Assembly (NCBI GenBank): GCA_965242635.1
Contig: OZ251471.1
Span: forward strand, 1,332,322-1,396,321
Source of the DNA: Bdellovibrionales bacterium
Lineage (GTDB): Bacteria > Bdellovibrionota > Bdellovibrionia > Bdellovibrionales > UBA1609
Length of the DNA: 64,000 nt
Direction: 5' to 3'
Shown here piece by piece: positions 35,414-46,078 of the stretch. The number at the start of each line of letters is the position of its first letter. Position 1 is the first letter of the stretch. The notes below the pieces were generated by a model. That model worked only from the letters and a program-made list of their open reading frames with translations. It was not told the origin of the DNA and searched no databases. The position numbers and the translations under genes are program-made.

Positions 35414-37361
35414 TTCTTTTCCTCCCTGCTTTTTTGGTTAATGAGTATTTAATTTCTCTTCCCAATTTCTGTGGAGACAAAGCAACAGATTTGTCATGGT
35501 AGCCCCTTTTTTTGATAAGCATTTTGGTTGGCTGGCCCTGAGGAATGGATACAAATGTGGGAGTGGTGTTGCGGATTTTCACCCCATTTATATACACATG
35601 GGCACCGGAAGGGCGTGTGATCAGGAAAACATTTTTGGAGACCGGGGCTCTTGGAGAGGCCGACTGGACATCCCCTCTGACAGCGGGAGAAAAAGCAGTG
35701 GGTTCTCTTTTAAGGGAGGGGGCCGCGGAGTCAGCCTCTTCCGCCTCTGTTGTGTGAGATTCAGGTTGTTCATCGGCGGGATTTGACTGGGACAAGGTCC
35801 GCTTTTTGTCATCTGTTTTCAAAACATGATTCAGCTGGTGTGTGAGATTCAGAAAATGGCTTTTGATCTCTGAGGAAAAAAACCAGGAGCTGAAGGGCAC
35901 TCCCAGAACAAATAAGAGGATAAAAGCTCTTTGAAAGAGTTTACGCTTTCTTTTGCTTCGAATCAGTGCTTTTCGCCGGTCGCTCAAAGATCGGTTTTTC
36001 TCCGGTGAATGCCACGGGTTGTATTGTAATGAACCTTTATCTTTAAGGGTGGTGGTGATAATACTTCTGGTGCCACCTTCATTGGTGATGGTGTAGTTGT
36101 CCGTCAAGGTGGTGGGCACATCTCCTGAATCCAAAGGATCGTCAAACTTGGTTTTTGTGATCTCTTTTCTGTGGCCGGCCATGCTGGGTCGGGTTTCTGT
36201 TTCCGTATACTCTGAGCCTTCTTCTTCGGGTGCAGTGGACAATGTTCCACCGAGATCGGAATAACCGGCTGAATTTGTGGCCACCTTGGTTTTTTGCTCA
36301 AACTCCTTGGTGTATCCTTTGAACTGAGAGGCAAAAGTTTCTGTGACAGCGGAATCTTTGATTTGAGGGCTTGAGGCCCCGGACTTTGTCAGAATTTTTG
36401 ACCAGGTTTTTAGATTTTCCCTCTCCTCCATTATTTCCTCAATATACACCTCCTTTATAAAAGAGGTGAAATGAGAGCTGGTGAAATCCGGATAATGCTT
36501 GTTCAGAAACAAGGAAATGTCATTACCCATGTCCGCCACAGTATTATATCTTAAGTTCTTGTTGGCGTTTAAGGCCTTGTTGACTATGGTCGCCAGTTTG
36601 TCCGGAACATGTGGGTTGATTTTTTTTAAGTCTGGAATCTGACAATCCCTTATTTTTTTCAATAACTGAATTTCATTGTTTCCGGTAAAGAGCTTTCGCC
36701 GGGCCAACAGCTCCCACAGCACATTTCCAAGAGAAAATATATCCGTTTGTTTGTCTATATTTTTGCCTCTGGCCTGCTCCGGGCTCATATACTCAAACTT
36801 CCCTTTTAACACACCCGCCTTTGTGGCTTCGGAATCATCTATTTTGGCTATGCCAAAATCAATAACCTTGACATCACCGCTGAAGCTCACCATAACATTC
36901 TGAGGGCTTATATCCCGATGCACAATATTCAGGGGCTGGCCTGTTATATTGTCCGTGCAGTTATGGGCGTAATCCAGGCCCTGACACACATATTTGATAA
37001 TATAAGCACAAAACTCCACACTGAGCTGTTTTTTCTGCCTTTTGAGTTTTTGGACCAACTGCCTCAAGTTCCGGCCGGACACATATTCCATACAGATGAA
37101 GTATTGGTCTTTTTCCACACCAAATTCATAAATGGAGCCAATATTGCTGTGGTTGAGGTTAATGGCTATCTTGCCCTCATTTTGAAACATTTTGTTAAAT
37201 TCCCGGCTTTTTGAGTGCATGAGGGATATGCGTTTGATGACCACAAACTTGTGGGCACCTTCAATACTGCCTGTGCAGGCCAGAAAGATCTCAGCCATGC
37301 CCCCTCTGGCAATTTGCTTCAGGAGCTTGAACTTTCCAAATTTTTTTATATCAAGGCTCAT
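35391..37361 (-). CDS. Hanks-type Ser/Thr kinase with TM and C-terminal PEGA-like domain
   Basis: ARGGMAEIF, VVIKRI, HRDISPQN, DFGIAK, GKFEYMSPEQ, DIFSLG; TM; TRPSGAHVYING..TP. Confidence 0.95.
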   Translation of the reverse strand: MSLDIKKFGKFKLLKQIARGGMAEIFLACTGSIEGAHKFVVIKRISLMHSKSREFNKMFQNEGKIAINLNHSNIGSIYEFGVEKDQYFICMEYVSGRNLRQLVQKLKRQKKQLSVEFCAYIIKYVCQGLDYAHNCTDNITGQPLNIVHRDISPQNVMVSFSGDVKVIDFGIAKIDDSEATKAGVLKGKFEYMSPEQARGKNIDKQTDIFSLGNVLWELLARRKLFTGNNEIQLLKKIRDCQIPDLKKINPHVPDKLATIVNKALNANKNLRYNTVADMGNDISLFLNKHYPDFTSSHFTSFIKEVYIEEIMEERENLKTWSKILTKSGASSPQIKDSAVTETFASQFKGYTKEFEQKTKVATNSAGYSDLGGTLSTAPEEEGSEYTETETRPSMAGHRKEITKTKFDDPLDSGDVPTTLTDNYTITNEGGTRSIITTTLKDKGSLQYNPWHSPEKNRSLSDRRKALIRSKRKRKLFQRAFILLFVLGVPFSSWFFSSEIKSHFLNLTHQLNHVLKTDDKKRTLSQSNPADEQPESHTTEAEEADSAAPSLKREPTAFSPAVRGDVQSASPRAPVSKNVFLITRPSGAHVYINGVKIRNTTPTFVSIPQGQPTKMLIKKRGYHDKSVALSPQKLGREIKYSLTKKAGRKRNEIIIIQ

Positions 37362-37432
37362 AATTCTTCACTTAAGGTTTAAATGTGCTAAAGTGTATAC
37401 TGTGCTTATCGGTCAGCAAAGAGAGGGACTTT

Positions 37433-38113
37433 ATGCGGAAAATAGCCATAACGGGGGTCATGGGGGCGGGAAAATCCACAGTGGGCCGAATTTTGGCTCG
37501 TCATGGCCTGCCCTTTATTTCGGCAGACGCACTCAACAAAGAGGCCATAAGGCCCCCGGAGGGGCCAGCTTACAAGCCCCTTTTGAAGTTGCTGGGGCCG
37601 GGCTTTACAAGTGAAAAAGGCCTTTTTGACACTCAAAAAATAGCCCGGCGGGTTTTCCGGGACCAAAAAATGTTACATGATATGGAATCCCTTCTCCACC
37701 CCATAATATGGGATTTGATGAAAAAAAAAGAAAAAACAGGACCTTTTTTGAAAAAAACCCTGATTTTTTACGAGATTCCGCTGTTGTTTGAAAAAAAATG
37801 GGAGAGCTTTTTTTCCGATCAGGTGCTTATTGCCCTGGATCCGGCCAGACAAATCAGCCGTTTACAGCAAAACCGGGACCTAAGTCTGGAAGAGATCGAA
37901 GATCGTCTCCGTTTTCAGGGTGCACAGGCGGAACATATCCAGAAAGCAGACCATGTGATATGGAATAACGGCACTTTGAGAGAGTTGGCAAAAGAGGTTC
38001 AAAGTCTGATAAAAAAACTTCAGCCCAGAAAAGGGGTCCCGAAATCAAAAAAAGAGGCAGAATATGGAATTGATGGGCTTTATCCGGCCGGCCGACAAAA
38101 ACCGGCTTTTTAA
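37433..38113 (+). CDS. coaE: Dephospho-CoA kinase
   Basis: IAITGVMGAGKST, ISADAL, LLHPII, YEIPLLFE, ADHVIWNNG. Confidence 0.93.
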   Translation: MRKIAITGVMGAGKSTVGRILARHGLPFISADALNKEAIRPPEGPAYKPLLKLLGPGFTSEKGLFDTQKIARRVFRDQKMLHDMESLLHPIIWDLMKKKEKTGPFLKKTLIFYEIPLLFEKKWESFFSDQVLIALDPARQISRLQQNRDLSLEEIEDRLRFQGAQAEHIQKADHVIWNNGTLRELAKEVQSLIKKLQPRKGVPKSKKEAEYGIDGLYPAGRQKPAF

Positions 38114-40841
38114 GGATTTTAATCCGGATAATTCCTTGTGGATTGTTTCGGACATCAAGTCTCATTCTTTTGTTTTGGAACAGATCCGACAAAATCAAAA
38201 GGTGTTGGGTGGGGACGAAGAGCCACAAAGCTCCGCCCCTTGGCCTAAAAGTGTGTGGCGGGCCAGGGATTTCTGGAAATACTGCCTGTCTTTGTCCCGC
38301 CCGGATATAGTGATGGCTTCCCGATCGGTTCTGACTTTTATTTATCAGGAATGGGCACGGGACCGTGAGCCGGTTTGGCAAAGGGGCCGGGAAACAGGTC
38401 AGGTTCTTTGCCAGTATATGGAGGCTATGGCACAGGTCTTACAGCACCCGCTGAAAGAAAGCCTTATGGAGGAGTGGCTGGCAGAGGAAGGGGGGGAGGA
38501 CCTTGTCCGGTGGCAAAAATGGGCTGGAGAGTTTTGGAACCACCTGAACCAGGGGCCCAAAGGAAAAGGGCCTTTTGTCATTGAGGATTCCTGGGCAAGT
38601 GCCCTTTTGACAGACCAGTTTCCCCATGTGCATTTTCCCTGCCGGACTATGGTGTTTGACCTGGGTTTTGATCTGGATCCGGTGGAGGCGGAACTTGTCA
38701 CACAAATAGCTCAAAAAATCCCCGTTCAGGTGTTAGTGCCCTTAAACCAAAACGAAAAGGATGTGCCCCAAACCTACAAAGTGTTTTCTCATCAGAAGAT
38801 GACGGTTCTTTCGACAAAAACAAATCAGGCCAAAGCTTCCCTCGTCCGGGTGAAAAAGTTTTCCACCCCTCTGGCGGAGATCAAAGACCTGAGTGCTTAT
38901 GTGGGTGCCCTTCTGCAAAAAGGGGTCCCGGCCCACAAAATCAGTGTGATAGCCCCTGATATGGAGAGTTACTGGCTGGCCCTTAAAAGCCATCTCAAAA
39001 AGGAGAAAGTGCCTGTAAACAAAAGTGAGAAAGTGGGTCTGACAAGCTTTTATGACACAGAACTTTGGTTCAGCAGGATGTGGACACATTTATCTGTTAT
39101 TCGATACGAAAACATGTCGGCCCTCTCCGCTCTTAAAAACTCGCATCAAAACTTCAGTCGTTTGAAATCAGATCTGCACCATGTCAGGGATATTGGGGGC
39201 TGGCCTGAGGCCCTCTGTCAAAAACACCACCTTCGGGACAAGAACCAGATGGTGTCTCTTGCTGAATTTATAAAATGGGCCTCGGTGCATTTACCGGAGC
39301 CGGGCCGGAACAAAACAAGGCCGGAACAAAAAACTCCTGTTGTCTCTCTTTTAAGAACCAACCTGAACGATTTTGCCAAATCCCTTGCCCGACTCTTAAA
39401 TCTCAGGCTCCCCTATTCGTCCTGTCTCAAAATGCTGGAATCTTATCTCAAAACAAAGGAACTGATCCTGAAAGAGGAAACAAATGAAGGCATCCACTGC
39501 CTCAGTTTCAACGCTCTTTCTTATTTGCCGGCGGATTTTGTTTATATAGTGGGCTTGAGTGAGCAAAATTTAAAAATGCCCTCTGTTTTGCCTTTGTCCC
39601 TGACAGAAAGCCTGAACCGGAACCTGGGTTTTCTGGTCAAAGCGGAGCCTGTAGACAAAATGGAGCAAATTGTTTCTCATTTTATGGCTCAGGGGCCAGA
39701 GGAGCTGACCCTTTCTTTTGCCACCTCTGATTTTGAGGGGATATCGGCCAGCCCCTCTTTTTTATGGCTGAAAAAAGCGAAGGCGGAAGGAAGGGATATG
39801 CAGAGCTTTGACACAGCTCAAGAGGGCTTGTGGGACAGACAGAAGGAAAAAAGCTCTGTGAAGGATATTTTGTCTTCCCTTTCCCCGTCGCGGGGGGATT
39901 TAATGGAAAAGTCCATTAAGGAGGATCAGGGGAGCTGTGTGCCAGCCCCTTTTGTCGGGGGCCCTCTGGACCGGATGACGGTGTCTCTTTTGGAGGACTA
40001 TGTCAGTTGCCCTTTTATTTTTTCTGCCAAGAGCCACTTTCGCTTGTGGGATGGGCCGGAGAGGAATATGGATATGCCGGCTTTGGACCGGGGAATCCTC
40101 ATCCACAAGGTGTTTGAGGATTTGACTGTTTGCTTAAAGAAAGGGGAGGCACCGGAAGAGACGGCAGTTATGGACATAATAGAGGAAAATTACATCCGGC
40201 TGAAAACAGGGAAACTCCACCCTCTTATATGGGAAAAGGAAAAAGACCGTATTTTTAAGAAAGCCCTTGCTTTTTTGAAAAGAGAAAAGAAAAACACAGG
40301 CCTTTTGAAGGGCCATAAATACATGGCTTTTGAAAAAGCCTATAATTGTTATTGGGATGAGGCAAAAAAGCATTTTGCGGGGGAAGGGGATATTCCTTTC
40401 AAAGGCAAGATAGACCGTATTGATTTTCATAATCAGACTTATCATATTATGGATTACAAGGGGCGTCTGGCCACAGGATCCTCTGCTCCTTCATGGGAAT
40501 CCCAGTCCAACCTGCAAATGGCGGTTTACACACAAGTGGTGGAGAGGGGGCTGACGGGCCTCCCGGCTCTCCCTGTGTCATCGGCCATATACCTGAGCTA
40601 TAAGGACTTCAGTGCTCAGGGTATGGTTTTAAAAGACTCCCCCTCTTTTTTGGATGGACCAAATAAAAGGTCCTTTGTCTCAGAGGAGCAAAAACAGAGT
40701 ATTTTGCAGGAGGTAAATAAAAAAATTCAAAGTATTGTTTTGCGTATGCGGAAGGGGGATTTTTTGGCCCGGCCCAAGAGCCAAACCCTTTGCGAAACAT
40801 GCCGGTGGCGAAAGATATGTCGTGCCCCCCACCTCAATTAA
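38064..40841 (+). CDS. addB: AddB-like PD-(D/E)xK nuclease with Fe-S cysteines
   Basis: LEDYVSCPFIF, RGILIHKVFE, FKGKIDRID...IMDYKG, LQMAVY, C-terminal CETC...C. Confidence 0.75.
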   Translation: MELMGFIRPADKNRLFKDFNPDNSLWIVSDIKSHSFVLEQIRQNQKVLGGDEEPQSSAPWPKSVWRARDFWKYCLSLSRPDIVMASRSVLTFIYQEWARDREPVWQRGRETGQVLCQYMEAMAQVLQHPLKESLMEEWLAEEGGEDLVRWQKWAGEFWNHLNQGPKGKGPFVIEDSWASALLTDQFPHVHFPCRTMVFDLGFDLDPVEAELVTQIAQKIPVQVLVPLNQNEKDVPQTYKVFSHQKMTVLSTKTNQAKASLVRVKKFSTPLAEIKDLSAYVGALLQKGVPAHKISVIAPDMESYWLALKSHLKKEKVPVNKSEKVGLTSFYDTELWFSRMWTHLSVIRYENMSALSALKNSHQNFSRLKSDLHHVRDIGGWPEALCQKHHLRDKNQMVSLAEFIKWASVHLPEPGRNKTRPEQKTPVVSLLRTNLNDFAKSLARLLNLRLPYSSCLKMLESYLKTKELILKEETNEGIHCLSFNALSYLPADFVYIVGLSEQNLKMPSVLPLSLTESLNRNLGFLVKAEPVDKMEQIVSHFMAQGPEELTLSFATSDFEGISASPSFLWLKKAKAEGRDMQSFDTAQEGLWDRQKEKSSVKDILSSLSPSRGDLMEKSIKEDQGSCVPAPFVGGPLDRMTVSLLEDYVSCPFIFSAKSHFRLWDGPERNMDMPALDRGILIHKVFEDLTVCLKKGEAPEETAVMDIIEENYIRLKTGKLHPLIWEKEKDRIFKKALAFLKREKKNTGLLKGHKYMAFEKAYNCYWDEAKKHFAGEGDIPFKGKIDRIDFHNQTYHIMDYKGRLATGSSAPSWESQSNLQMAVYTQVVERGLTGLPALPVSSAIYLSYKDFSAQGMVLKDSPSFLDGPNKRSFVSEEQKQSILQEVNKKIQSIVLRMRKGDFLARPKSQTLCETCRWRKICRAPHLN

Positions 40842-40856
40842 ACCTTGAGGGGAAGT

Positions 40857-41567
40857 TTATTTGACTTTAATCAGTTCCACTTCAAAGATCAAAACAGAAT
40901 GAGGGGGGATGCCTGGGGCCCCTCTTGTTCCATAAGCCAGGTCAGAGGGGATATAAAATTCATACCTGGCCCCTTCCTTCATCAGTTGAAGTCCCTCCGT
41001 CCAGCCTTTAATCACGCCATTCAGGGGGAAGGAAATGCTTTGATTTCTTTTGTAGGAGCTGTCGAATTCTCTGCCGTCAATGAGTGTGCCACGGTAATGC
41101 ACTTCCACTGTGTCCTGGGCTGAGGGGCTTTGTCCCTGGCCTTCCCGCAAGACTTTGTATTGCAGGCCGGAGGGGCTTGTTGTGACATCAGGTTTTTTGG
41201 CATTTTCCTTAAGGAATATTTGTCCCTCTTCTCTGGTTTTCATGTGGAGTTCCTTCCTTTGTGAGGTGTTTTGTGTTGTATAGCCCTTGCCCGGTGTTAC
41301 AGTCCCCCTGCTCAAAAGGGGCTTTTGGCCTTTAAACCCGTGTTTAAAGCCCCGGACAAAGGTTTTTCGTTCTTTTTTTGTCTTGAGAATCTTGCTTGTG
41401 GTGCGGCCCAAATTATGGCCCATAAGGTAAGCTTTTTTGGCTTTGTCATCTTCTTTTAAGGTTTTTTCTGTAAACTTGTCCCGCACACTATAGGCCCCGG
41501 CAAACACGATGGCAAAAATCACCAGCATATAAAGCAGGTACTTTTTCAGAAAAGCGTATTTTTTCAT
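40857..41567 (-). CDS. fkpA: FKBP-type peptidyl-prolyl isomerase (FkpA/Mip-like)
   Basis: SGLQYKVLREG, VEVHYRGTLIDGREFDSSY, VIKGWTEGL, YIPSDLAYG, LIFEVEL. Confidence 0.9.
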   Translation of the reverse strand: MKKYAFLKKYLLYMLVIFAIVFAGAYSVRDKFTEKTLKEDDKAKKAYLMGHNLGRTTSKILKTKKERKTFVRGFKHGFKGQKPLLSRGTVTPGKGYTTQNTSQRKELHMKTREEGQIFLKENAKKPDVTTSPSGLQYKVLREGQGQSPSAQDTVEVHYRGTLIDGREFDSSYKRNQSISFPLNGVIKGWTEGLQLMKEGARYEFYIPSDLAYGTRGAPGIPPHSVLIFEVELIKVK

Positions 41568-41620
41568 AAATCATGTCCTTAAAACTGTTAATTCTCTGGC
41601 CAAGCGGAAAAAAAAGATCT

Positions 41621-41700
41621 CTTAAGCATTTGTGTCCAAAATCCGTGCCATGAGGGTCCAAGGTATTCCGTCCCGAAAGGGTGCGGATTTTGGACATAAG
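41621..41700 (-). repeat. Palindromic element copy 2
   Basis: Minus strand tgtccaaaatccg-caccctttcgggacggaataccttggaccctcatggca-cggattttggacac, homologous to 24474-24539. Confidence 0.88.
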
Positions 41701-41905
41701 AGACTCAGGACAGAGTTTTTTCACAGGCTGTTGCCATAACAACAATAATGCACTTAAGTCTTTTTGGCAAGCTTTTGCTGTGCTGTGTCTTTTGGGGGTT
41801 TTCAGCTTGCTTTTTTTATTGGCTTTTGCCTTAAGTCATGCCATAATTGCCTGCCTTTTGCTGTTTGTCAAAGTAGACTTGATTTTATAAAAAGGGCCTG
41901 AAAAA

Positions 41906-43759
41906 ATGACTTTTTGGGGAAAGATCGCCCTTTTGGGCTGTGTTTTGTTTTGGTGGCCCTCTCTGGCTCTGGCCAGATACAAGGTCTGTTCCATCACCAT
42001 TAACTCTGCCGACGAAATCAAAGCTTTTAAAAAGCACTTGAGCCATGAGGATTTTGAGTTTGTGGAATTGGTGCCTTTGTCTCAAAAAACCCGGCCCAAC
42101 GATGTCCACTGGTTTAAGTCGGCCTGCAAAAAAAATCATAAATGCGATATTGTGGTGATCTCCGGCCATTTTGGGGGGCTCTTTTTTGGCGAAAACCACA
42201 ACTATATTTTGCCTGTTAACATTATGGAAAGGCAGGCCTGTGCCAATTCCTGCTCCGGTCTTTTGTCTCAGGTCAGGGAAGTGTTTTTATTTGGTTGCAA
42301 CACTTTGGCCGGTAAAGAGCAGGATCAAAGAACCCCTGAAGAGCTGTTGCAGGTTTATTTGGATCATGACTATGCCCGCGACATGGCAGAAATTATGGTG
42401 GCCAGCCGTTATCTTCCTTTTGGGCTTTCTTTTAAGGAGCAGATGCGAATGGTGTTTGAAGGGCCAAGCCATATTTACGGGTTCACTTCGCTAAGCCCTT
42501 TGGGGAAATACCTGCGTCAGCCCCTGAGGCATTACTTTCAATCCATAAAAGAGCAATACGGCAGTTATAAAGCCTATCTGGATCAAAAAACACCTCTTTC
42601 AAAAAATCCCACTTTGCTTTCGGCCCTGGCGGGTTCCAGCACAGAGACAACAGGCATAACATCAGAATCAGCTCTTTTCCCTGATTTTCAGAAAATGTGT
42701 CATCTGTATAAAAAAAGCACCACCAAAACAAGTGGGCTGAAAGTTATCCATGAGCTTATGGATTCCGGCAAAGCCCAAAGGGCCTATTATGCCATCAAAA
42801 ATTTTATACTGGAAAATCAGCCTTTTGAGGGGGACAGTTTAAAAGCTTTTAACACCATAAAACAAAATGCCGACTTTAAGGAGGACTGGACCACACTTTA
42901 TGAACAGATAAGCCCAAGACTGCCGTATGTGCGTATTCAGTTTTTGAACTTTTTAAAGGGCTTTGACTGGGTGTCTGATTCCGCCCATCAAAAAGGTCTT
43001 AAAGACCACACCCTTCAAATAGCAGGGACCCCCAATTCCGAGGCTTTTGATTTTATAACAACTTTAACTTACGATGAAAAAATAAATACAAGGGATTTAA
43101 ATTTCGGAGTTGGTGATTTTCCCCCTTCTTTTTATAGGAATATCTGGAGTGCTCTGATTTTGGAGAGCCTGCATGTCAAAGACTATCTGGCACATAGACG
43201 CCTTATGAACCTTTGTCTCTCCCGTGTCAGGCCCGATATTCGGGACCCTCAAAAAGAGCCAGTCCTTTGTTATCAGGTTTTTAAAAGTTTGGGGAACTTG
43301 AATGTGAGTGACAGTTTGACAGTGCAGAAAATGGCGAACTTTTTGGACTACGCCCACGATGGGCTTGTTTATTATGCCATATATGGCTTGGCTCAGGCAC
43401 AGGTGGCCACCCGTGAAGTCCACTTGGGAATAAGCCGGCACTTTAATCATCCTGACCGGCACATTCAGGAGCGGGCTGTATGGGCGGTGGGGTATCTGCA
43501 CTCTCAAAATGATCAGGTAAACTACAGGCTAATTCAGCTGTTGGCAGACACAGGGGCAAAGATACAAAAAAAAATACAAAGCGGAACTGAGGCCGGCTCC
43601 TCCCAACTCAGCCATGAGGAGAAGCTTTTGAAACAAATTTTTATTTCTCTGTCCCGTATGGATCCTCCTCGTGCCCCTCTTCGTAAAATCATCAAAAAGA
43701 GCGAACTGGATCAATATCCAAAGGAGGAGATCAAAAACTGGGCCTTGTCTTTTTTGTGA
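41906..43759 (+). CDS. Secreted hypothetical protein with C-terminal HEAT-like repeats
   Basis: Signal peptide (ALA), Cys-containing N-domain, 'LVYYAIYGLAQ' and 'QERAVWAVG' HEAT-like helices. Confidence 0.75.
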   Translation: MTFWGKIALLGCVLFWWPSLALARYKVCSITINSADEIKAFKKHLSHEDFEFVELVPLSQKTRPNDVHWFKSACKKNHKCDIVVISGHFGGLFFGENHNYILPVNIMERQACANSCSGLLSQVREVFLFGCNTLAGKEQDQRTPEELLQVYLDHDYARDMAEIMVASRYLPFGLSFKEQMRMVFEGPSHIYGFTSLSPLGKYLRQPLRHYFQSIKEQYGSYKAYLDQKTPLSKNPTLLSALAGSSTETTGITSESALFPDFQKMCHLYKKSTTKTSGLKVIHELMDSGKAQRAYYAIKNFILENQPFEGDSLKAFNTIKQNADFKEDWTTLYEQISPRLPYVRIQFLNFLKGFDWVSDSAHQKGLKDHTLQIAGTPNSEAFDFITTLTYDEKINTRDLNFGVGDFPPSFYRNIWSALILESLHVKDYLAHRRLMNLCLSRVRPDIRDPQKEPVLCYQVFKSLGNLNVSDSLTVQKMANFLDYAHDGLVYYAIYGLAQAQVATREVHLGISRHFNHPDRHIQERAVWAVGYLHSQNDQVNYRLIQLLADTGAKIQKKIQSGTEAGSSQLSHEEKLLKQIFISLSRMDPPRAPLRKIIKKSELDQYPKEEIKNWALSFL

Positions 43760-43838
43760 CTGGCTTTTTTGTGCTTGAATGCTTGATGTTTTGCTGTTAG
43801 ACTGCCTCAGCAAATTTGTTTTGAACAGGGAATTTTTT

Positions 43839-45227
43839 ATGTCTTATCAGGTATTGGCCAGAAAGTGGCGTCCGGTGCTGTTTCAGGATCTGGTGGGTCA
43901 AAACGCGGTGGTGCGTATTTTGACCAATGCCCTGAAACACAAACGCCTGCATCCGGCTCTCATTTTTGCCGGCCCAAGGGGCACGGGCAAAACCTCCACT
44001 GCCCGCATTCTGGCCAAAAGCCTGGCCTGCCCCAAGGTCAAAGACTTTAACCCCTGTAATAAATGCAAAACCTGTGAGGACATCATTCACAGTCGTTCTC
44101 TGGATATTATGGAGATCGATGGTGCGAGCAACAATGGGGTGGAGGCTGTTCGGCAATTAAAGGAAACCAGCTCCTATCTGCCCTCTGGTTCCTATAAAGT
44201 GTATATCATAGACGAAGTGCACATGCTATCCACCGGGGCCTTTAATGCTCTTTTAAAAACCCTGGAGGAGCCTCCTCCCCATGTGCTTTTTGTCATGGCC
44301 ACCACAGAAATGAGAAAAATCCCCGCCACAGTGCTTTCCCGTTCTCAAATACTGCAGTTTCAGCATATTGCCGATCCTCTCATTCATCAGCAGTTAAAAA
44401 AAATCTGTGAGCAGGAGAACACAGAAGTGGAGGAAAGTGCCCTTTGGATGCTGGTGAGAGAGGCACGTGGTTCCTTAAGGGACGCTCAGGGGCTTTTGGA
44501 TCAAATGATCACTTTTTGCCAAAACAAATTTAACTCTCACGATGTCAGTGACATTCTGGGCCTGACAGACAGGTCTCTCATTATGGATTGCCTTGAAGCT
44601 TTGATGAAAAGAGATCCTTCTCTGGTCATGAAGGTGCTGAGTCAATTTCAGATCAAAGGGGGTGAGCCTTCTTTGTTTTTGCAAAACCTCCTGCAGGAGA
44701 TAAGAAACCTGCTTTTGCTGAAATTATCCAAAGGCGAAAGCCCCCGGCGGGAGCTTATCCCTTTGTCAGAGGAGGAAAAAGAGCAGAACTTGAAGTGGGC
44801 GAAAGGGGTGTCACATGAAGATCTGCAACTTTTGTTTGATATGGCTTTAACCGGTTCACAAAAGATAAGCCATGTGCAGGACAGCAAAGTGTTTTTGGAG
44901 ATGCTACTGTTGAAAATGAGCCAGGCCCCTTATATTGAAAGCATTTTTGGAGGGGACCTGGGTGGACCTGGGAGGGCTCCCTCCTCTGCACCAACCGATA
45001 CAGATCAACAAAAAGCTCAAACGGCAGAAAACAGGCATAGCCAGCGTGCTGAACAGCTATCAGCCCTGATGGCCCCTCAGTCCACAGAAGAAAGCAAAAA
45101 AAGGCCCTTGGGACCAACAGATCAAATAGATAATAAAAAAGAGGCAGAGGCTATTCAGAAAAACCCTTTTATTCAGCAGGTGCGCCAGACTTTTTCTGCC
45201 GATATTGTCGACCCCGGCACCAAATAA
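43839..45227 (+). CDS. dnaX: DNA polymerase III subunit gamma/tau
   Basis: MSYQVLARKWRP, GPRGTGKTS, PCNKCKTC, EIDGASN, IIDEVHMLS, NALLKTLEEPP. Confidence 0.97.
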   Translation: MSYQVLARKWRPVLFQDLVGQNAVVRILTNALKHKRLHPALIFAGPRGTGKTSTARILAKSLACPKVKDFNPCNKCKTCEDIIHSRSLDIMEIDGASNNGVEAVRQLKETSSYLPSGSYKVYIIDEVHMLSTGAFNALLKTLEEPPPHVLFVMATTEMRKIPATVLSRSQILQFQHIADPLIHQQLKKICEQENTEVEESALWMLVREARGSLRDAQGLLDQMITFCQNKFNSHDVSDILGLTDRSLIMDCLEALMKRDPSLVMKVLSQFQIKGGEPSLFLQNLLQEIRNLLLLKLSKGESPRRELIPLSEEEKEQNLKWAKGVSHEDLQLLFDMALTGSQKISHVQDSKVFLEMLLLKMSQAPYIESIFGGDLGGPGRAPSSAPTDTDQQKAQTAENRHSQRAEQLSALMAPQSTEESKKRPLGPTDQIDNKKEAEAIQKNPFIQQVRQTFSADIVDPGTK

Positions 45228-45240
45228 CCCCCGTGCCAGG

Positions 45241-46077
45241 TTATTTTGAGTTTTTGGGATCGAAGAAGTCTCTCAAACCATCCCCACAAAGCTGAAAGCT
45301 CAAAACCGTTAAAAAAAGGGCCAGCCCCGGAAAAAAACTCAAGTGCGGGGCCTCCTCCAAAACCTGCCGTCCAGAGCTGATAAGCCGACCCCAGGAAGGC
45401 ATGTCCGGGGGTGTTCCCAAACCCAAAAAACTCAAGCCCGCCTCCGCTATCACCACCGCCACAAGAGACAAAGCCATTTGCACCATCAGAAGACCCAGGA
45501 GATTGGGCCAGATATGAAAAACCATAATCCGTAAAGGCCCGGCCCCAAGGGACCTGGCACTTAACACATACTCTTCCTGTTTCAGGTGCAGGACTTCCGC
45601 TCGCACCAAGCGGGCAAAGCCGGCCCAGCCCGAAAGGCACAAGGACAGGATGAGGTTGAACACACTGGACCCCAGGATGGCCAAAAGGGCCAGGGCCAGT
45701 AAAAAACGGGGAAAGGCCAAAACCACATCCACCAATCTTAGCAAAATCTGATCCACCAAAGAGCCGCACCACCCGGCCAAAGAACCTACAATCAAACCGA
45801 TCAAAAGACTTATCAACACCACAGAAAACGCCATCGATAAAGAGAGCTTGGCACCATAAAGAACCTGCGAAAGAAGATCCAGGCCATTTTCATCCAAACC
45901 AAAAGGGTGCTGAAGGCTGGGGCTTTCCAAAGAACGGCTGAGATCCCCCTCCAAAGGATTGTAGGGCCAAAGTTTTTCTGCCAGCCCGGCACAAAGAAAA
46001 ATAACAAAGAGGCCCGTCAGGCCAGCTTTGTTTTTTGTGTTAAAAAACTTTTTTTTCTTCATTGGAAAAGCCACCAC
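45241..46077 (-). CDS. dppC: Peptide ABC transporter permease (DppC/OppC)
   Basis: HPFGLDENGLD, EEYVLSARSLGA, EAGLSFLGLG, GDGLRD. Confidence 0.88.
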   Translation of the reverse strand: MVAFPMKKKKFFNTKNKAGLTGLFVIFLCAGLAEKLWPYNPLEGDLSRSLESPSLQHPFGLDENGLDLLSQVLYGAKLSLSMAFSVVLISLLIGLIVGSLAGWCGSLVDQILLRLVDVVLAFPRFLLALALLAILGSSVFNLILSLCLSGWAGFARLVRAEVLHLKQEEYVLSARSLGAGPLRIMVFHIWPNLLGLLMVQMALSLVAVVIAEAGLSFLGLGTPPDMPSWGRLISSGRQVLEEAPHLSFFPGLALFLTVLSFQLCGDGLRDFFDPKNSK

Positions 46078-46078
46078 C

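Noticed and set aside
41681-41890. 69-aa hydrophobic ORF (and 41488-41745 on the minus strand)
   Set aside because: Starts inside the palindromic element, has no RBS and no recognisable family; probably spurious.
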